From: Rhodospirillaceae bacterium
GTDB taxonomy: Bacteria; Pseudomonadota; Alphaproteobacteria; GCA-2731375
Assembly: GCA_018701215.1 (NCBI GenBank)
Contig: JABIWH010000060.1
Coordinates: 41,715-105,714 of the forward strand
DNA: 64,000 nucleotides
Direction: 5' to 3'
Shown here: piece after piece, positions 46,792 through 56,248 of the stretch
How positions within the stretch are numbered: the first letter of the stretch is position 1
Layout of the letters: each line of letters starts with the position of its first letter
Position numbers and translations under genes: made by a program
Notes under the pieces: generated by a model
Told to the model about the DNA's origin: nothing
The model's input: only the letters and a program-made list of their open reading frames with translations
Databases searched by the model: none

Positions 46792-46965
46792 ATGATTGAA
46801 GTCAGCGCCTTCGAGGCAAAAATCCATCTGTCCGCCCTGCTGGATAAGGTCAGCCGTGGTGAGGAAGTGCTCATTACACGGCGGGGCAAGGCCGTTGCCC
46901 GCCTAACGAAACCCAAGCCCCCATTTGCCTTCCCCGCCCAGCCACGCTATCAAATTAACGGTTAG
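46792..46965 (+). CDS. Phd/YefM-family type II antitoxin (57 aa), solitary
   Basis: MIEVSAFEAKIHLSALLDKVSRGEEVLITRRGKAVARLTKP... matches the Phd/YefM N-terminal fold. Below the 60-aa cut-off of the ORF track. No toxin ORF follows; the next gene is a CoA ligase 24 nt downstream. Confidence 0.65.
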   Translation: MIEVSAFEAKIHLSALLDKVSRGEEVLITRRGKAVARLTKPKPPFAFPAQPRYQING

Positions 46966-46988
46966 CGTTCATATGGGAGTGGTTCGGC

Positions 46989-48614
46989 ATGGCGACGGAT
47001 AAATCTGGTTGGGTTGTGGGGAAAATTCTGGCGGAACAGGCCCGTATGCGTCCTGATGCGCCGCTGATCCAGTTTGAGCGTGGCCACATGCACAATTACG
47101 CCGAAGCGCATGCCATGGCCAACCGGGCCGGCAATGGTTATGCCGATGTTGGCGTCGGTTTTGGCGACAACGTTGCCGTAATGTTGAATAACCGGTTGGA
47201 GTATCTCTGGTCCTGGTTCGGGCTCAGCCGCATTGGCGGGGTGTTGGTGGGCATTAACACCGCCCTGAAGGGCACGTTTCTGACCCACGTGCTGAGCAAC
47301 ACCAAGGCCCGCATTGGCGTGTTCGAGCCGGAGTTTCTGCCCTGGCTGGCGGAGATCGAGGACACCGTGCCGGACATGCAGACGGTCTATGTGCCGGCGG
47401 ACGTCTATGATCCGGACAATCTGCCCGCCTTCAAACGTATCGAAATCCGCTGCTTTGACGAGATCATGGCCGGCGCGGATGACGAGATCCATGTGGATGT
47501 CACCTACCGTGACCTCGGCATGATCATGTTCACCTCCGGCACCACCGGGCCATCCAAGGGCGCCTTGATGCCCCACGGTCATCTGTATCTGTTCGGCCAT
47601 TGCATGCAGGTCCATCTGGGCATGACGCCCGACGATATCTATTACATCCCCATGCCGATGTTTCATGCCCAGGGCATCCTGATGCAGTTCTATGCCACCC
47701 TGATAACGGGGGGCAGCGCCGTCATGGTCAAGCAGTTCCGGGCCACCAGCTGGATTGACGATATCCGCGAGCACAAGGCCACCCTGGCCAATCTGCTGGG
47801 CGTAATGAACGATTTCGTCCTGCGCCAGGATGCCAAGCCGGAAGATACCGACAACAACTTGCGCATGGTCTGCGCCGTGCCGGTGACCGACGAGACGTTG
47901 GAGGCCTTGCGTACGCGCTTCGCCATCCCAAAATTCAACGAAATCTTCGGTATGACGGAATGCAATCTGCCCGTCGCCCGGCCCGTTGACGCGCCCGATG
48001 AAGCAGGTTGTTCCGGCAAGGTCTGGGACGAATATTTCGAGGTCATCATCGCTGATCCCGAGACCGACGAGGAAGTGCCCATGGGCGAGGTCGGCGAAAT
48101 CCTGGTCCGCCCCAAGGAAGCCTATTGCTTCATGGCCGGCTATAACGGCATGGACGACCGCACCGTGGAAACCTGGCGCAATTTCTGGTTCCACACCGGC
48201 GATGCCGGCCGCATGGATGAGCGCGGCTATGTCTGGTACATCGACCGTATCAAGGACACCATCCGAAGGCGCGGCGAAAACATCTCGTCGTTCGAGGTTG
48301 AAGCGGTCTTTCTGGAGCACGCGGCGGTCAAGGAAGCCGCCGCCGTCGCAGTCGCGGCGGAGGAGGGCGGCGAGGACGAAGTGCTGATCTGCCTGATCCT
48401 GGAGGACGGCGTTGAGCCGCCCGCGCCAGCGGATCTGCTGGATTACGCCGGCCCGCGCATGCCCTATTTCGCGGTGCCCCGCTATGTGGAGTATGTGGAC
48501 GAAATCCCCACCACGCCCACCGCCAAGATCCAAAAGAACAAGCTGCGCGACCGTGGTCTGTCCGCCGCCGCCTGGGACCGGGACGCCGCAGGCTACAAGG
48601 TTAAGCGTGGATAA
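46989..48614 (+). CDS. AMP-dependent aryl/acyl-CoA ligase 1
   Basis: 541 aa. Adenylation motifs FTSGTTGPSKGA, YGMTE, GEI.VRP, and C-terminal PTTPTAKIQK. Confidence 0.85.
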   Translation: MATDKSGWVVGKILAEQARMRPDAPLIQFERGHMHNYAEAHAMANRAGNGYADVGVGFGDNVAVMLNNRLEYLWSWFGLSRIGGVLVGINTALKGTFLTHVLSNTKARIGVFEPEFLPWLAEIEDTVPDMQTVYVPADVYDPDNLPAFKRIEIRCFDEIMAGADDEIHVDVTYRDLGMIMFTSGTTGPSKGALMPHGHLYLFGHCMQVHLGMTPDDIYYIPMPMFHAQGILMQFYATLITGGSAVMVKQFRATSWIDDIREHKATLANLLGVMNDFVLRQDAKPEDTDNNLRMVCAVPVTDETLEALRTRFAIPKFNEIFGMTECNLPVARPVDAPDEAGCSGKVWDEYFEVIIADPETDEEVPMGEVGEILVRPKEAYCFMAGYNGMDDRTVETWRNFWFHTGDAGRMDERGYVWYIDRIKDTIRRRGENISSFEVEAVFLEHAAVKEAAAVAVAAEEGGEDEVLICLILEDGVEPPAPADLLDYAGPRMPYFAVPRYVEYVDEIPTTPTAKIQKNKLRDRGLSAAAWDRDAAGYKVKRG

Positions 48615-50172
48615 ACCCGCAGCCCGCACCGCATCCGCATTGCTGGAAGAACTGGCGGCGCGGCAGCCGGAGCACGAATGCGTCGTCGATGGCGCGCGGC
48701 GTTGGAGCTACGCCCAGCTATTGCAGGAATCGCAAACCATCGCCAATGGCCTGTGGGCCCTAGGTGTGCGGCCCGGCGACCGGGTGGCGATCCTGATGGG
48801 CAACCGGGCCGAATGGCTGTCCAGCTATTTCGCCATTCTGGGTCTGGGCGCCACGGCGGTGGCGCTGAACACCTGGCTGACCCCGCCGGAGCAGGCCTAT
48901 CAATTGAACCATGCGGACGTCAGCACGCTGATCCTGGCGGATCGCTTCAGGCACCGCGACGTCCTGGCGGAGTTGGACGAAATGCGCGCCATAGGTCTAT
49001 CGGCGCTGTCCCGCGTGGTGGTTCTGGGCGACCGCGTGCCCGGCGGCGCCACGGCTTTCGAGGATCTGGCCACCATGGGGGAAACCGCGCCACTCGGCGG
49101 TATCTGGGGCGCGGCGCAGCCCGACGACGTGGCCTGCATCCTCTACACCTCCGGCTCCACGGCCAGGCCCAAGGGGGTGCCGTTACAGCATTGGGGCCTG
49201 ATCGATAATATGTGGCAGATCGGCGAGCGCATGCACCTGCGCCCGGACGACCGATTATGGTTCGCCGTTTCGTTGTTCTGGTCCTTTGGCTGCGTCAACG
49301 CTCTGTTCGCCATGTTGAGCCATGGCGGCACAATGGTCCTGCAACATCACTTCGATGCCGGCGAGGCGTTACGGTTGATCGAGGCGGAACGTTGCAGCGT
49401 TTTCTACGGCACGCCCAACATCGCCCTGGCCCTGGCCGAACACCCCGACCGGGCCAAGCATGATCTATCCAGCCTGCGCACGGGTGCCGCCATCGGCACA
49501 CCGGAACAGATGCAGATGATCGTTGATCTGGGTGCGCGGGATATTTGCAACGTCTATGGCCTGACCGAAGCCTACGGCAACTCGGCGGTGACTGATGCGA
49601 GCGCGCCCGTGCAACGCCGTCTGCTGGCCAGCGGTGCCCCCCTGGACGGCGTGGAACTGGTGATCCTGGATCTTGAGAGCGGCGCGCAACTGCCCCCCGG
49701 CGCGGTGGGGGAGATCGCCCTGCGCGGCCACGTTATGCCGGGCTATCTAAACGACCCCGAGACCACCGCCGCCGCCATGACCAAGGACGGCTTTTTCCTG
49801 ACTGGCGACCTGGGCCTGTTGGATGATGCGGGCTGGGTGCAATTCCAGGGCCGGCGCAAGGAGTTGATCAAAAGCGGCGGCATCAATATCGCCCCGGCGG
49901 AGGTCGAAGTGGCGCTGCGGTCGCATGACGCCATCGCATCCGTCTTCGTCACCGGCCTGGATGATGCCCGCCTGGATCAGGCCATCGGCGCCGTCATCGT
50001 GTTGCACCCAGGCGCATCGGCCAGCGAGGATGATTTGCGTCATCATTGCCGAAAGTCCCTCGCAGCCTATAAGGTACCGCAGCATTTTGTCTTTGTTGCT
50101 GCCAACCAACTGCCTGTGACCTCGACCGAGAAACTGCAGCGCAACCGCTTGTACGAGTTATTCCCCACATAA
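48607..50172 (+). CDS. AMP-dependent aryl/acyl-CoA ligase 2
   Basis: ~521 aa. GTG start (VDKPAART...) overlaps ligase 1 stop by 8 nt. The upstream part of the six-frame ORF is an out-of-frame shadow of ligase 1. Motifs YTSGSTARPKGV, YGLTE. Confidence 0.8.
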   Translation: MDKPAARTASALLEELAARQPEHECVVDGARRWSYAQLLQESQTIANGLWALGVRPGDRVAILMGNRAEWLSSYFAILGLGATAVALNTWLTPPEQAYQLNHADVSTLILADRFRHRDVLAELDEMRAIGLSALSRVVVLGDRVPGGATAFEDLATMGETAPLGGIWGAAQPDDVACILYTSGSTARPKGVPLQHWGLIDNMWQIGERMHLRPDDRLWFAVSLFWSFGCVNALFAMLSHGGTMVLQHHFDAGEALRLIEAERCSVFYGTPNIALALAEHPDRAKHDLSSLRTGAAIGTPEQMQMIVDLGARDICNVYGLTEAYGNSAVTDASAPVQRRLLASGAPLDGVELVILDLESGAQLPPGAVGEIALRGHVMPGYLNDPETTAAAMTKDGFFLTGDLGLLDDAGWVQFQGRRKELIKSGGINIAPAEVEVALRSHDAIASVFVTGLDDARLDQAIGAVIVLHPGASASEDDLRHHCRKSLAAYKVPQHFVFVAANQLPVTSTEKLQRNRLYELFPT

Positions 50173-50191
50173 AGAATATTGGGAGAGAGCC

Positions 50192-51016
50192 TTGCCTGAT
50201 GACGGAATAGACCAGGATGCGTTTCGCAAATTCGAACACGACGGCTGGAACAGTTTGTCTGACGGATACCATGATCATTGGGAACATTTGACGCCTCAGA
50301 TCATTCCCTTGATGCTGGAACGCACCGGCGTCGGTGTAGGCAGCTTGGTTCTAGATATCGCCTCCGGCCCCGGCTATGCCGCCGGTGCGGCGGCGGCCAT
50401 GGGCGCCAGGGCGATCGGCATCGACTTGGCGGAAAACATGCGCGATCTGGCGGCAGCGAACTTTCCCGATGCCGCGTTTCAGCTGGGTGATGCCGAAGAT
50501 TTACCGTTTGCCGGAGACAGCTTCGATGTGGTCACGATGAATTTCGGCGTGCTGCATTTTCCCGATGCCGAAAAGGCACTGGCTGAAACATTCCGGGTCC
50601 TGAAACCCGGCGGCCGTCTGGGTTTTACCGCCTGGGAAGGCCCGGAAGGTTCCGCCCTTGGCATGGCGACGGCTGCGATCGTGCAAGAGGGCACGGTCAA
50701 GGTAGACCTGCCCCAGGGCACGCCGATTTTTCGTTTTGCCGAACATGCCGAATGCGCACGGGTACTCGGCGCCATCGGGTTCGAGGATATTGCCAGCACC
50801 AACACCATGTTGACCTGGCATCTGCCCCGAGCGGATGCCTTGATGGAGAGCTTCCGCCAGGCAACCGCCCGCATGAGCGCATTGTTAGGCGCCCAGGACC
50901 CGGCCAAACTGCCCGCCATTAAGGCGGCCATGACCGAGGCCTGCAAACCCTTCGACAACGGCACGACCACGGATCTGCCCATGCCCGCCGTGCTGACGGT
51001 CGGTAGGAAGCCTTAG
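50192..51016 (+). CDS. class I SAM-dependent methyltransferase (Methyltransf_11-like)
   Basis: 274 aa. Motif I VLDIASGPGY, post-I D, motif II-III region. Confidence 0.75.
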   Translation: MPDDGIDQDAFRKFEHDGWNSLSDGYHDHWEHLTPQIIPLMLERTGVGVGSLVLDIASGPGYAAGAAAAMGARAIGIDLAENMRDLAAANFPDAAFQLGDAEDLPFAGDSFDVVTMNFGVLHFPDAEKALAETFRVLKPGGRLGFTAWEGPEGSALGMATAAIVQEGTVKVDLPQGTPIFRFAEHAECARVLGAIGFEDIASTNTMLTWHLPRADALMESFRQATARMSALLGAQDPAKLPAIKAAMTEACKPFDNGTTTDLPMPAVLTVGRKP

Positions 51017-51028
51017 CGGCGCGGCATC

Positions 51029-51781
51029 CTAATAGTTCGCCGGGCGCTTCTCCTGGAAGGCCGCGACGCCTTCCGCGAAATCGGGGCTGGCGCGGACCCG
51101 GTCGCCCAGGGTCTGTTCCAGTTCTTCGCGGGTTTGATTGAGCGCATCATCGGTAGCGCTGATCTGCTCCTTCACCGCCTGCACCGCCACGGGGCTGTTG
51201 GCGGCGATGGTCTCTGCCATTTGGATCGCCCAGGGCATCAACTCGGCGCGGGGCAGCACACGGTTGATCAGATTGATACGGGCGGCTTCTTCCGCATTTA
51301 TCAGCTGACCACCCAGGATCAGCTCCATGGCATGCACGTGACCGATCTGCTGGCGCAGGCGCAGGGCGGCGCCGCCGAAGGGATAGACGCCCCATTTTAC
51401 TTCCGGCAGGCCAAACCGTGCCTCGGGCGCGGCGGCGCGAATATCCGTTGAAAGCAGCAATTCAACGCCGCCGCCGGCGCAATCGCCGTTGACGGCGGCG
51501 ATGATCGGCTTGCGGTAGGCGCCATATTTCAACAGGCCCCGATAAATTGTCTGCGACAGTTCCGGGCTGGCGGACAGATCGCCCGACAAATCGGCACCAG
51601 CGCAAAAAGACTGCTCGCCCGCTCCAGTCAGGATCAGGCAACGGTAGGGCGCATCCTGCAATTTCAGCCACAAATCGCCCAGGTCCGCCAGGTCCTGGCG
51701 GCTCAAGGCATTGCGCTTGGCCTGATTGTCCATGGTGATGACCGCGATATGTGGGCCGTGTTCCGTAACCGTCAATGTCAT
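51029..51781 (-). CDS. enoyl-CoA hydratase/isomerase (crotonase) family
   Basis: 250 aa with FCAGADL oxyanion-hole motif. Start overlaps the QOR stop by 4 bp. Confidence 0.85.
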   Translation of the reverse strand: MTLTVTEHGPHIAVITMDNQAKRNALSRQDLADLGDLWLKLQDAPYRCLILTGAGEQSFCAGADLSGDLSASPELSQTIYRGLLKYGAYRKPIIAAVNGDCAGGGVELLLSTDIRAAAPEARFGLPEVKWGVYPFGGAALRLRQQIGHVHAMELILGGQLINAEEAARINLINRVLPRAELMPWAIQMAETIAANSPVAVQAVKEQISATDDALNQTREELEQTLGDRVRASPDFAEGVAAFQEKRPANY

Positions 51782-52773
51782 TGCTGCTGCCCTTCTTCCG
51801 CTGCCACATCAACAACGACCTTGCCCATGGCGCGGCGCTCGGTCAGCAGGCGCAAGGCCTCGACACCCTGCTCCAGAGGCAGCCGATGGGTGATGATGGG
51901 ACGCAAATGGCTCTGTTTATAGAACGCGCCCAGCTCCGCCATGGAGCGCACCACCAAGTCGGGTTTGTGCCAGCGGAAATAGCGGTAGGACGAGCCCAAG
52001 GCGGCGCGGTGCTTAACCAACAGACGGTTGGCGGGAACCTTGGGCACGCCGCCGACAAAACCGAAATGTACAAAGCGTCCGCCCCAGCCCAGGGACGATA
52101 GCGCGCTGTCGAACAGTGCGCCGCCCACGGGGTCGAAGCAGACATCTGCGCCCTTGCCATCGGTGATTTCCATGACCCGGTCTTTCAGGCTCTCGCTGCT
52201 ATAGTTCACCACCTCGTCGGCGCCGTGTTCGCGCACCGCAGCCAGGCGTTCATCGCTGCTGGCCCCTGCGATCACCCTCGCACCCATGGCCTTGCCGATC
52301 TCCACCGCCGCCAGGCCGGAGCCGCCGGCGGCCCCCAGCACCAGCATGGTTTCGCCAGCCTCCAGCCGGCCCTGCCAGCGGATCGCCAGGTGGGCCGTCA
52401 GATAGGCGATGGTAAAGGCGGCGCCATCGGCGAAGCTCATGCCGTCGAACAGATGCCAGCACTCGGCCTCGACCGCGATGGCCTGATCGGCAAAGCCGCC
52501 GTGCGCCAATGTGGCCATGACATTGTCGCCCGGTTTGAAGCCCGCGACGCCCTGGCCCACTGCCGCGACCCGGCCGGCGCCTTCAAGGCCCGGCGCGAAC
52601 GGGAATTCCGGTTTGGTCTGATAGTTGCCGGCGACCATGATGGTATCGGCGAAGTTCGCGGACGAGGCCACGATGTCGATCAGGATTTCACCTTTTCCCG
52701 GTACCGGTGCCGGCATCTCGCCCATCTCCAGCGTATCCACGCCGCCCCAGGCCCGGCAAATTAGTGCCCGCAT
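51778..52773 (-). CDS. MDR-superfamily NAD(P)H quinone-oxidoreductase-like enoyl reductase (zinc-free QOR/Etr type)
   Basis: 331 aa. GAAGGSG nucleotide motif and no Zn-ligand Cys cluster. AGGAGAG RBS. Confidence 0.8.
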   Translation of the reverse strand: MRALICRAWGGVDTLEMGEMPAPVPGKGEILIDIVASSANFADTIMVAGNYQTKPEFPFAPGLEGAGRVAAVGQGVAGFKPGDNVMATLAHGGFADQAIAVEAECWHLFDGMSFADGAAFTIAYLTAHLAIRWQGRLEAGETMLVLGAAGGSGLAAVEIGKAMGARVIAGASSDERLAAVREHGADEVVNYSSESLKDRVMEITDGKGADVCFDPVGGALFDSALSSLGWGGRFVHFGFVGGVPKVPANRLLVKHRAALGSSYRYFRWHKPDLVVRSMAELGAFYKQSHLRPIITHRLPLEQGVEALRLLTERRAMGKVVVDVAAEEGQQQ

Positions 52774-52885
52774 TATTGTCTCTCCTAAACATGACTACCT
52801 GTCCCCATGATGCCCGAGCTGCCGTGAGATGCAAATGGCGTCGTGCGGGTCCTTGGGCTACAAAGGTCCGACGTGAATTTCCAAC

Positions 52886-53698
52886 ATGAAAGACCAAACC
52901 TCCATGCAATTGAAAACCGACAAGATGATTGCCCGCAAGGAAGACGGTGTGGGCTGGCTGATCTTCAATAACCCGGCGCGGCGCAACGCCGTCTCCATGG
53001 CCATGTGGGAGGCCGTGGGCGAGGCGATGACGGACTTTGAAGCCGACGACACCATTCGCGTCGTGGTCATGGCCGGCGAGGGCGATAGAGCCTTTGTCTC
53101 GGGCGCGGATATTTCCGAATTCGCCGAGAACCGCAACTCCGCCGCCGCTGAGGAACGCTACAATGCCGCCTCGGCACAGGCGCATCGCGGCATGACCTCT
53201 TTAAGCAAGCCCCTGATCGCGATGATCCAGGGTTATTGCATTGGCGGCGGCGTGGCTGTTGCCCTGGCCGCCGATATCCGCATAGCAGCCGATGACACGC
53301 AATATGCCGTACCCGCCGCCCGGTTGGGTCTTGGCTATGGCTATAGCGGCCTGAACACCCTGGTCTCGCTGGTCGGTCCGGCCATGGCCAAGGAGATCTT
53401 CTTCACGGCCCGGCGTTTCAGCGCTGAGGAAGCCTTGGCCATGGGCCTGGTCAACCGCGTGGTGCCCGTCGATCAGCTGGAAAAGGTGGTGGCCGAATAC
53501 ACCACCATGATCAAGGAGAACGCGCCCCTGACCATCCGCGCCGCCAAGGCCACGGTCAAGGAGGTCCTGAAAGACCCGGAAAAGCGCGACCTGGTGGCAT
53601 TGGATGCGCTGATCAAAAGCTGTTTCGACAGCGAGGATTTCACCGAGGGCCGCACCGCCTTCATGGAAAAACGCAAGCCCAACTTCAAGGGCAAGTAA
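52886..53698 (+). CDS. enoyl-CoA hydratase/isomerase (crotonase) family
   Basis: 270 aa (start may be 6-13 codons downstream). AFVSGADI motif; MenB/BadI-like subgroup feel. Confidence 0.8.
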   Translation: MKDQTSMQLKTDKMIARKEDGVGWLIFNNPARRNAVSMAMWEAVGEAMTDFEADDTIRVVVMAGEGDRAFVSGADISEFAENRNSAAAEERYNAASAQAHRGMTSLSKPLIAMIQGYCIGGGVAVALAADIRIAADDTQYAVPAARLGLGYGYSGLNTLVSLVGPAMAKEIFFTARRFSAEEALAMGLVNRVVPVDQLEKVVAEYTTMIKENAPLTIRAAKATVKEVLKDPEKRDLVALDALIKSCFDSEDFTEGRTAFMEKRKPNFKGK

Positions 53699-53726
53699 TT
53701 ACTGAGTTTAAGGAGGAGTAAGTATC

Positions 53727-54545
53727 ATGGGTACATTGGACGGACGGGTGGCGATTGTCACCGGCTCGGGCCGGGGCATCGGCCGCGAGGTCGCATTGCA
53801 GCTGGCCGAGCTGGGCGCCAAGGTCGTGGTCAATGATCTGGATGCCGGACCGGCGGATGAAGTGGTGGCCGAGATCAAGGCCGCTGGCGGCGAGGCCGTG
53901 GCCTGCGCAGGCTCGGTGACCGAGGCTGGTTTTGCCCAGCGCTTTGTCGGCACCGCCATCGATACCTACGGTGATCTGCATATCATCATCAACAACGCCG
54001 GCTATACCTGGGACGCGGTGATCCAGAAGATGACCGAGGAGCAGTTCGACGCCATGATCGATGTGCATCTAAAGGCGCCATGGCGAATTCTGAAGGAGGC
54101 GGCGGAATTTATCCGCGTCAAATCCAAGGGCGAGGCCCAGGAAGGCAACCTGATCGTGCGCAAGGTGGTCAATATCTCGTCCATATCCGGCACCCGGGGC
54201 AATGCGGGACAGACCAACTATTCCTCCGCCAAGGCCGCCGTGGTGGGCCTCTCGAAAACCCTGGCCAAGGAATGGGGCCGCTACAACGTCGCCGTCAATT
54301 CCGTCGCCTTCGGCTTTGTCGAAACCCGACTGACGGAGGCCACGGACCAGAAAAAAATCATCGAGATCGAGGGTAAGGAAATTCCCGTCGGTGTCCCGGT
54401 ACAAAACGTCGCCGCCGCGATGACGATGATCCCCATGGGCCGGGCCGGCACGCCTCGGGAGGCCGCCGGCGCCGTGGTCGCCCTGTGCCTGCCGCAATCG
54501 GATTATATCTCCGGCCAGCTGATCGAAGTCACCGGTGGACTTTAG
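53727..54545 (+). CDS. short-chain dehydrogenase/reductase (3-hydroxyacyl-CoA dehydrogenase-type SDR)
   Basis: 272 aa. TGSGRGIG, NNAG, YSSAKAA catalytic motif. Confidence 0.85.
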   Translation: MGTLDGRVAIVTGSGRGIGREVALQLAELGAKVVVNDLDAGPADEVVAEIKAAGGEAVACAGSVTEAGFAQRFVGTAIDTYGDLHIIINNAGYTWDAVIQKMTEEQFDAMIDVHLKAPWRILKEAAEFIRVKSKGEAQEGNLIVRKVVNISSISGTRGNAGQTNYSSAKAAVVGLSKTLAKEWGRYNVAVNSVAFGFVETRLTEATDQKKIIEIEGKEIPVGVPVQNVAAAMTMIPMGRAGTPREAAGAVVALCLPQSDYISGQLIEVTGGL

Positions 54546-54559
54546 AGAGGATAATCACG

Positions 54560-55342
54560 ATGAGCGATCTTCTGATCGAAAAGAACGATGGTCTGTTGTC
54601 CTTGACCCTGAACCGGCCCGAACAGATGAATGCCATGTCCGGCGAGATGGTGGGCCAGGCCACGGCGGCGGTGATGGATGTGGTGGAGAACAAATCCGCC
54701 CGCGCCATCCTGTTGACCGGGGCCGGGCGCGGCTTTTGTGCCGGCGCCGATCTGTCGGGCGGTGGCCTGACCGATGCGCGCGAGACCATTGAGGGGCGCA
54801 TGATGGCGGGCATCAACCGTTTGATCCTGGCCATCCGCGAAGTGCCGGTGCCGGTGGTGGTGGCCCTGAATGGTGCTGCGGCGGGGGCCGGTTGCGGCCT
54901 GGCGCTCGCCGGCGACATGATCATCGCGGGGCAGTCAGGCAAGTTGCTGACCGCCTTTGCCCGCATCGGCGCGGTGTTGGATGGCGGCATGTCCTGGTCC
55001 CTGACTAACAAGCTGGGCCCGGCCCGGGCCATGGGCATGGCCATGCTGGCGGATCAACCGATCGATGCCCAGACAGCCAAGGACTGGGGCCTGGTCTGGG
55101 ACGTGGTCGAAGACCAGGCGCTAATGGACGAGGCCACGAAACTGGCCCGGCGTTTCGCCACGGGTCCCACCGTGGCCCTGGGCCTGATCAAACGGCAAAT
55201 CGCCCTGGCCCAAACGGGCTCCATGGCCGATGCGCTTCGTTTTGAAGCCGCCTGTCAGGGCCAAGCCTTCAAAACCGATGATTTCCCCGAGGGCGTGAAA
55301 GCCTTTCAGGAAAAACGCAAGGCCAACTTCGTGGGGCGTTAA
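54560..55342 (+). CDS. enoyl-CoA hydratase/isomerase (crotonase) family
   Basis: 260 aa from ATG after GAGAGG (MSDLLIEKNDGLLSLTLNRPEQMNAM...). FCAGADL motif. Confidence 0.85.
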   Translation: MSDLLIEKNDGLLSLTLNRPEQMNAMSGEMVGQATAAVMDVVENKSARAILLTGAGRGFCAGADLSGGGLTDARETIEGRMMAGINRLILAIREVPVPVVVALNGAAAGAGCGLALAGDMIIAGQSGKLLTAFARIGAVLDGGMSWSLTNKLGPARAMGMAMLADQPIDAQTAKDWGLVWDVVEDQALMDEATKLARRFATGPTVALGLIKRQIALAQTGSMADALRFEAACQGQAFKTDDFPEGVKAFQEKRKANFVGR

Positions 55343-55773
55343 ATCGAGCGCAATAGAAGTTCGTCGTCGATTTCCTTCGGGGCGAATTTCAGCAGGGACT
55401 TTAGTGTTATCGACTGCATGGTGGCGCGGGTCAGGTCGTCTATTTCGGCGCGGACGTTGTCCAGGGCCTGGCTGATCGGGGTGCCGATGGCGGCTTCGTC
55501 ATCTTCCACGCCCTGGGCGTCTGGTTCGAACAGCTCCATGACGTCCCACAGGGTTACCCGCCTGACATTGCCGCTGAAACGATAGCCGCCGCCGACGCCG
55601 CGCACGGATTGGATCAGCCCGGCGCGGACCAGACGGCGCATGACCTTGGCCAGATGATGAGCCGAGATGCCATAGCGGGCGGCGATGTCGGCGGTGGACA
55701 GCTGGCGCTCTGGATCGGCGGCCAGCTCCAACACCGCATAAAGGGCAAACTGAGTTGATTTTTGCAGGCGCAT
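55339..55773 (-). CDS. Rrf2-family transcriptional regulator (BadM-like position)
   Basis: 144 aa. N-terminal wHTH TQFALYAVLELA......S...IA......HLAKVMRRLVRAGL. No 3-Cys cluster, so probably not Fe-S dependent. Confidence 0.8.
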   Translation of the reverse strand: MRLQKSTQFALYAVLELAADPERQLSTADIAARYGISAHHLAKVMRRLVRAGLIQSVRGVGGGYRFSGNVRRVTLWDVMELFEPDAQGVEDDEAAIGTPISQALDNVRAEIDDLTRATMQSITLKSLLKFAPKEIDDELLLRSI

Positions 55774-55777
55774 CTTT

Positions 55778-56248
55778 TCAGCCCTGTCCCAAGCTTTTTT
55801 CCAACTCCATATACGGTCCCGCCGTCATGCCCTGGCTGCGGAAAAAGGACAGGTTCAAGCCGTCGTTGCGGGAGACCATGGTGCGCACCGTGCCGACGCC
55901 GTCCTTGCGAAAACGCTGGCAGATCGCCTCCAGCAGGCCGCTGCCGACGCCCCCCTCCCGGCAATCGGGGCTGACATTGACTGCGAAAACCCAGCCGCAG
56001 GGCGGTGAGCCGAATTCCCAGGTGCGGATCTCGCCGACGATGAAGCCAACCATTTCGCCGGCTACGTCCGAAATCAGAAAATTGCGCCCGAAATGCTGCT
56101 CCATCACATAGGCCTGAAACATCTCCCGCCAATAATCCGGCTTGGCCAGGCCCGTATGGATTTCATCCAGCCTGATGACCGCTTCCAGATCAGTGGCGAC
56201 GGCATCGCGGATATTTTTGGCCGGCTCGCTCATGGTTGAACCGCTCAT
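55778..56248 (-). CDS. GNAT-family N-acetyltransferase (BadL-like position)
   Basis: 156 aa with acetyl-CoA binding motif region (REGGVGSGLLEAICQRF). Start overlaps the rubrerythrin-like gene stop by 4 bp. Confidence 0.75.
   Translation of the reverse strand: MSGSTMSEPAKNIRDAVATDLEAVIRLDEIHTGLAKPDYWREMFQAYVMEQHFGRNFLISDVAGEMVGFIVGEIRTWEFGSPPCGWVFAVNVSPDCREGGVGSGLLEAICQRFRKDGVGTVRTMVSRNDGLNLSFFRSQGMTAGPYMELEKSLGQG

Noticed and set aside
48412-48606. Upstream 65 codons of the six-frame ORF for ligase 2; likewise 60350..60730 for bcrB, 56760..57926 N-terminal part for korB, 32554..33924 N-terminal 61 codons for the ACAD
   Set aside because: These extensions overlap the preceding gene out of frame and translate to Pro/Arg-rich nonsense. 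A downstream start with overlap or RBS gives proteins of canonical length.
46962-48629. 555-aa minus-strand ORF spanning the whole first CoA-ligase gene
   Set aside because: Antisense shadow. The plus-strand ORF has canonical AMP-binding motifs. If this ORF were real it would also swallow the Phd-like ORF region, which has a good independent gene structure.
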